From NCBI GenBank assembly GCA_002919235.1, contig PKEX01000009.1, positions 67,617-131,616 of the forward strand: 64,000 nucleotides of DNA, read 5' to 3'. This DNA comes from Clostridia bacterium. Lineage in GTDB: Bacteria; Bacillota; Limnochordia; DTU080; RSA5. The position numbers and the translations under genes were made by a program. Below, one piece after another: positions 60,721-64,000 of the stretch. The number at the start of each line of letters is the position of its first letter. Within the stretch, counting starts at the first letter, position 1. The notes below the pieces were generated by a model. It was not told where the DNA came from. It saw only the letters and a program-made list of their open reading frames with translations, and ran no database searches.

Positions 60721-61770
60721 TCAATAGAGCAGGGCGTCGTATTCGGGTTCGGCTGTATCCGAAGGGCTTTGGCCCACGATGGTGATGAGCACTTGGAAGG
60801 GGACACAGGCGATGGCTTCCCGGGGGTGGCCGATCCAGCCGGTGCCGACGCAGACCTGGTTGCGGCAGGTGGATTCGGCGACGCGCACTCTGCCGTCCCG
60901 GTATTCGATGACCATCCGCTCACTGCCGAGGACGAGCTCGTGGCGGCCTTCGCCCTCCAGCGGCAGGACGGCGTACACCTCGCCGTTGACCGTGACTTTG
61001 GCTTGGGGATGAGCCACTGCGGCGGGCTGCCAGAGCGTTGAAAGGGCGAGGCCGGCCCCAATGGCCACCAGCACCGTCCCGGTGAGCCAGGCTGCCTTCA
61101 GCTCAAAGAGCCGCCGGCCGGCGGCTTCGGCCCCGGCTCGACCTGTCCCCGCCGCCAGCGACACGAAGGGCAGAAGCCTCTTCGCCGCCACGCCCACCAG
61201 AGCGCCGCTGGGCACGGCGAACCACAGGAGATAAGGGAGATAGTAGAACACCTGCGCCTGTCCCAGCATGGCCCACGCGGCCAGGAGCTGCCCCACGTTG
61301 TGGGCGGTCGCGCCCATCAGGCTGACGGCCACCGGTCCCAGGGCGCCGGCCAGGCGAAGCACCAGCGCCATCACGGCGACACTCACCACGCCGCCCGTCA
61401 GCCCGAAGACAAATGCCGGCGCAAAGAGGGTGCCCGTCACCAGGGAACCAACCAGCTGCCGCATGACGACGATCAACAGCGCTTCGCGAAAGCCCCAAGC
61501 GTAGAGGGCGAACATGGAAACCAGGTTGGCCAGCCCGATCTTGGCACCGGGGATCGGCAGAGCGGGAAGCTGCGCTTCGAAGATGTGGAGCGCGGTCGCC
61601 AGCGCCAAGAACACGCCCAGCCGGGCGACGTCCCGGGCGCTCCAGCCCGCGGCGGCGCCTCCGGCCTTTGCGGCCGGTGCGGGCGCCCCCCGACCGCGCC
61701 CGAACCCGGCCACCGGCAGCGAGCCTGCGCCCGCACTTGCGGAAGCGGCGGCAGACCCCCGTGCCCACAT
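60721..61770 (-). CDS. Gx transporter (Hpre_diP_synt_I, ECF S-component-like) fused to a C-terminal NusG domain II (DUF1312-like)
   Basis: E..LP...PGAKIGLAN, S..GA..HN.GQL, YYLP.L; an extra TM; then VRV.ES.C.NQ.CV..GWI......I.C.P. Confidence 0.82.
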   Translation of the reverse strand: MWARGSAAASASAGAGSLPVAGFGRGRGAPAPAAKAGGAAAGWSARDVARLGVFLALATALHIFEAQLPALPIPGAKIGLANLVSMFALYAWGFREALLIVVMRQLVGSLVTGTLFAPAFVFGLTGGVVSVAVMALVLRLAGALGPVAVSLMGATAHNVGQLLAAWAMLGQAQVFYYLPYLLWFAVPSGALVGVAAKRLLPFVSLAAGTGRAGAEAAGRRLFELKAAWLTGTVLVAIGAGLALSTLWQPAAVAHPQAKVTVNGEVYAVLPLEGEGRHELVLGSERMVIEYRDGRVRVAESTCRNQVCVGTGWIGHPREAIACVPFQVLITIVGQSPSDTAEPEYDALLY

Positions 61771-61771
61771 A

Positions 61772-63016
61772 TCACTGGCCCTCCAAGAGGTCGACTTTAC
61801 CCTCGAGCCCGCTGGTGATCAACACGTTCAGATCCTTGTCGACGAGGATCCCCTCCACGCCCGGGAGCGACTCCAGGAGGGCGAGGCCTTCTTCTTTCCC
61901 CAGGACAAAGACGGCCGTCGACAAAGCGTCCGCCCACACGCCGTGGGGAGCCACCACCGTGACGCTCGCGAGCTCCATCGCCGGCCAGCCGGTGCGGGGG
62001 TCGACGATGTGCGAATAGCGGACTCCTTCGTATTCGAAGTAGCGCTCGTAATCGCCGGAGGTGGCCACTGCCGCGTCGCTCACGTGCAGGATGCCCAGGA
62101 TCTGCCCGGCGCGTCGAGGATGCCGGATCCCCAGCCTCCAGGGCGTGCCGTCGGGCCGGGTGCCCAGGGCGTAGACGTCTCCGCCCAAGTCCACCAGGGC
62201 CCGCACGACCCCGTGTTCCTTAAGGAGCTGCACGGCCCGGTCCGCGCCGTATCCCTTCGCGATGGCGCCCAGGTCGATGGCCTGTCCCGGCCGGGCCAGC
62301 CGGGCCCGGCTGTTTTCGGCGTCGATCTCAAGGCCGCGGAAATCCACCCGCGCCAGCGCGGCCGCGAGCTCCCCGGGATCCGGGGGAGCGTAGCCGATGA
62401 GGCGCGTCGGCGACGTGCCGGAGCGGGCCGGCCCTTGGCCGCTCTCACCGCCGGCGGCACTCTCCGCCGCGTCACCGGACCCTGTGCCGGACAGCACGCC
62501 CGGCGGCTCGCCGGCCGGAACGCCGTGTGGGCGAGCCTCATCTCCGTGACCGTGGTGCTCGTGGGCCTCCTCCTCCGGATACGTCCCTTCCTCGACGAAC
62601 CCCCACAGGTCCACCACGGGCGCCACGGTGGGGTCAAAGGCGCCGCCCGAAAGCTCCGCCAGGCGGACGGCCTCCTCCAGCAGCGCCAGCACTTCGGCGG
62701 AGACGGTCACCCACTCCCCGCCCGACCCGTTCAGCGCGGCCACGTCCCCGAAGGGGCGAAAGCGGTCGAGAAGCACGGTGAGCCGGTCCAGCTCCTGCAT
62801 GACCGCAGCCACGGCCGCGCCGGCAGCGGGCCCCTCGGCGACGACTCGCGCCACCGTGCCCATGGTAAAGCCGATGCTCTCCTCGCGCTGCAGGGGGGCC
62901 ACCGCTTCCCCCGGCGCCTTGCGAAGGCCGAGCCCCCACGCGCCGGCCAGCAGGACCGCCGCGGCCAGCAGCCCCAGCGCCGCCTTTTTCCCCGTGCTCA
63001 TTCGCCCCGTGCTCAT
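61772..63016 (-). CDS. apbE: FAD:protein FMN transferase (ApbE)
   Basis: TMGT, SGGAFDPTV.P..DLWGF, IDLGAIAKGY..D, LGGD, W..GI.HP, ATSGDYER, HI.DPRTG.P, ADALST. Confidence 0.93.
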   Translation of the reverse strand: MSTGRMSTGKKAALGLLAAAVLLAGAWGLGLRKAPGEAVAPLQREESIGFTMGTVARVVAEGPAAGAAVAAVMQELDRLTVLLDRFRPFGDVAALNGSGGEWVTVSAEVLALLEEAVRLAELSGGAFDPTVAPVVDLWGFVEEGTYPEEEAHEHHGHGDEARPHGVPAGEPPGVLSGTGSGDAAESAAGGESGQGPARSGTSPTRLIGYAPPDPGELAAALARVDFRGLEIDAENSRARLARPGQAIDLGAIAKGYGADRAVQLLKEHGVVRALVDLGGDVYALGTRPDGTPWRLGIRHPRRAGQILGILHVSDAAVATSGDYERYFEYEGVRYSHIVDPRTGWPAMELASVTVVAPHGVWADALSTAVFVLGKEEGLALLESLPGVEGILVDKDLNVLITSGLEGKVDLLEGQ

Positions 63017-63085
63017 CCGCTTCGCCTCCCCGGGCGCCCGCCTCAGGCGGCGCCCGCCTCTTCCGGCAAGCCTCTTCGCCCGCCC

Positions 63086-63922
63086 TCACACCGCGGTGAG
63101 GACGCCGGCGTCCTCCAGGATGATCTGCATGGCATCGGTCGGGCACTTCTCCACGCAGATGCCGCACGCCGTGCACCGGTTGGGATCGACGCAGGCCAGG
63201 TGCCCCAGCATCTCCACGGCGTTCTCGGGGCAGACCCGCACGCAGATGCCGCAGCCGATGCAGCCCACTTCGCAGACGGAGCGGACCTGCTTGCCCGGCG
63301 CCGTCGAGACGCAGCGGACGAACACCTCCTGGGAAGCGTCCATCACCGCGATCACCCCGCGGGGGCAGGCCGCCTCACACAGGCCGCACCCGGTGCACAG
63401 CGCCTCGTTGACCACCGGCAGCCCCGTCGGGCTCATGGTGATCGCCCCGTAGGGGCACACCCGGGAGCACGTGCCCAGGCCCAGGCAGCCGAAGACGCAG
63501 CCCTTCCCGCCTTTGCCCACCAGGTCTGCCGCCCGGCAGTCCAGGACCCCTTCGTAGTCGGCCCGCCACTGCGAGATAGCCCGGTGCCCGCCGCAGCGGA
63601 CCCTGGCCACCCGCCGCTCGCGGTGCACCGTCTCCGTCAGCCCCAGCGCCTCGGCGAGCTTTTGGATCTGCGACTCCGACGCGACGGGGCAGCTCTGCGG
63701 CACGGCCTCGCCTTTGGCCAACGCCTGCGCCAGGGCCGCGCAGCCCGCCATGCCGCAGGCACCGCAGTTGTTCCCCGGCAGCAGGTTGGTGAGCAGCTCG
63801 ATCTGCTCGTCCTCAGCCGACGCAGTCCTCTTCGCCAGGGCGACGAGGGCGATGGCGAAGAACGCGCCCACCGCTCCCATGGTCGCCGTCGCCGTCACGA
63901 TCGTGCTCACCGTCGCACCCAT
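63086..63922 (-). CDS. rnfB: Rnf electron transport complex subunit B (polyferredoxin type)
   Basis: N-terminal TM, LPG.NCGACG..GC, C.FGCLGLG.C...C, several CxxCxxCxxxCP clusters. Confidence 0.9.
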   Translation of the reverse strand: MGATVSTIVTATATMGAVGAFFAIALVALAKRTASAEDEQIELLTNLLPGNNCGACGMAGCAALAQALAKGEAVPQSCPVASESQIQKLAEALGLTETVHRERRVARVRCGGHRAISQWRADYEGVLDCRAADLVGKGGKGCVFGCLGLGTCSRVCPYGAITMSPTGLPVVNEALCTGCGLCEAACPRGVIAVMDASQEVFVRCVSTAPGKQVRSVCEVGCIGCGICVRVCPENAVEMLGHLACVDPNRCTACGICVEKCPTDAMQIILEDAGVLTAV

Positions 63923-63983
63923 CGCCGATCATCCCTTTCTCCGTATCTCCCCGAAACCATCCGCCCGCTTGGCCGCTGGCCGC

Positions 63984-64000
63984 TCACGACCCCAGCCCGG
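63984..64000 (-). CDS. Probable 3' end of the upstream rnf gene (rnfA expected)
   Basis: ...GLGS* fragment at the window edge; call rests on rnf gene order only. Confidence 0.3.

Overview
High-GC (roughly 70% by eye) chromosomal window, most consistent with a spore-forming Bacillota such as Limnochordia. This is an inference from an alpha/beta SASP, YqhV, YlbF and CwlD-like genes, T-box and SAM-I riboswitches, CtsR boxes and a BceRS-AB module. The window is mostly housekeeping and metabolic. It holds three tRNAs (Arg-ACG, Ser-GCT, Ser-TGA), SAM-I-controlled metNIQ, T-box-controlled serS, glyA, trpB2, purU, def, ppa, heme O synthase, a CstR-like/YeeE sulfur module, two two-component systems, a GMC oxidoreductase cluster, a DUF1538-DUF1538-PII module, a modular GH10 xylanase and the 3' end of an rnf operon. 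I saw no integrase, transposase or CRISPR array. The most notable region is the right end (57.4-64 kb). There an EcfA gene and an EcfA'-EcfT fusion converge on rnfB-apbE and a Gx-transporter/NusG-II (EetB/EetA-like) fusion, which suggests a dedicated, doubly fused flavin-export ECF serving Rnf flavinylation. Between them lies a gapless 199-bp degenerate repeat built from 32-bp-phased palindromes. Other leads are an unannotated 21-aa membrane peptide unit, a tail-to-tail DUF3006 paralogue pair, two candidate structured RNA leaders, an oversized T-box and two broken genes. All calls come from reading motifs by eye; no database searches were run.
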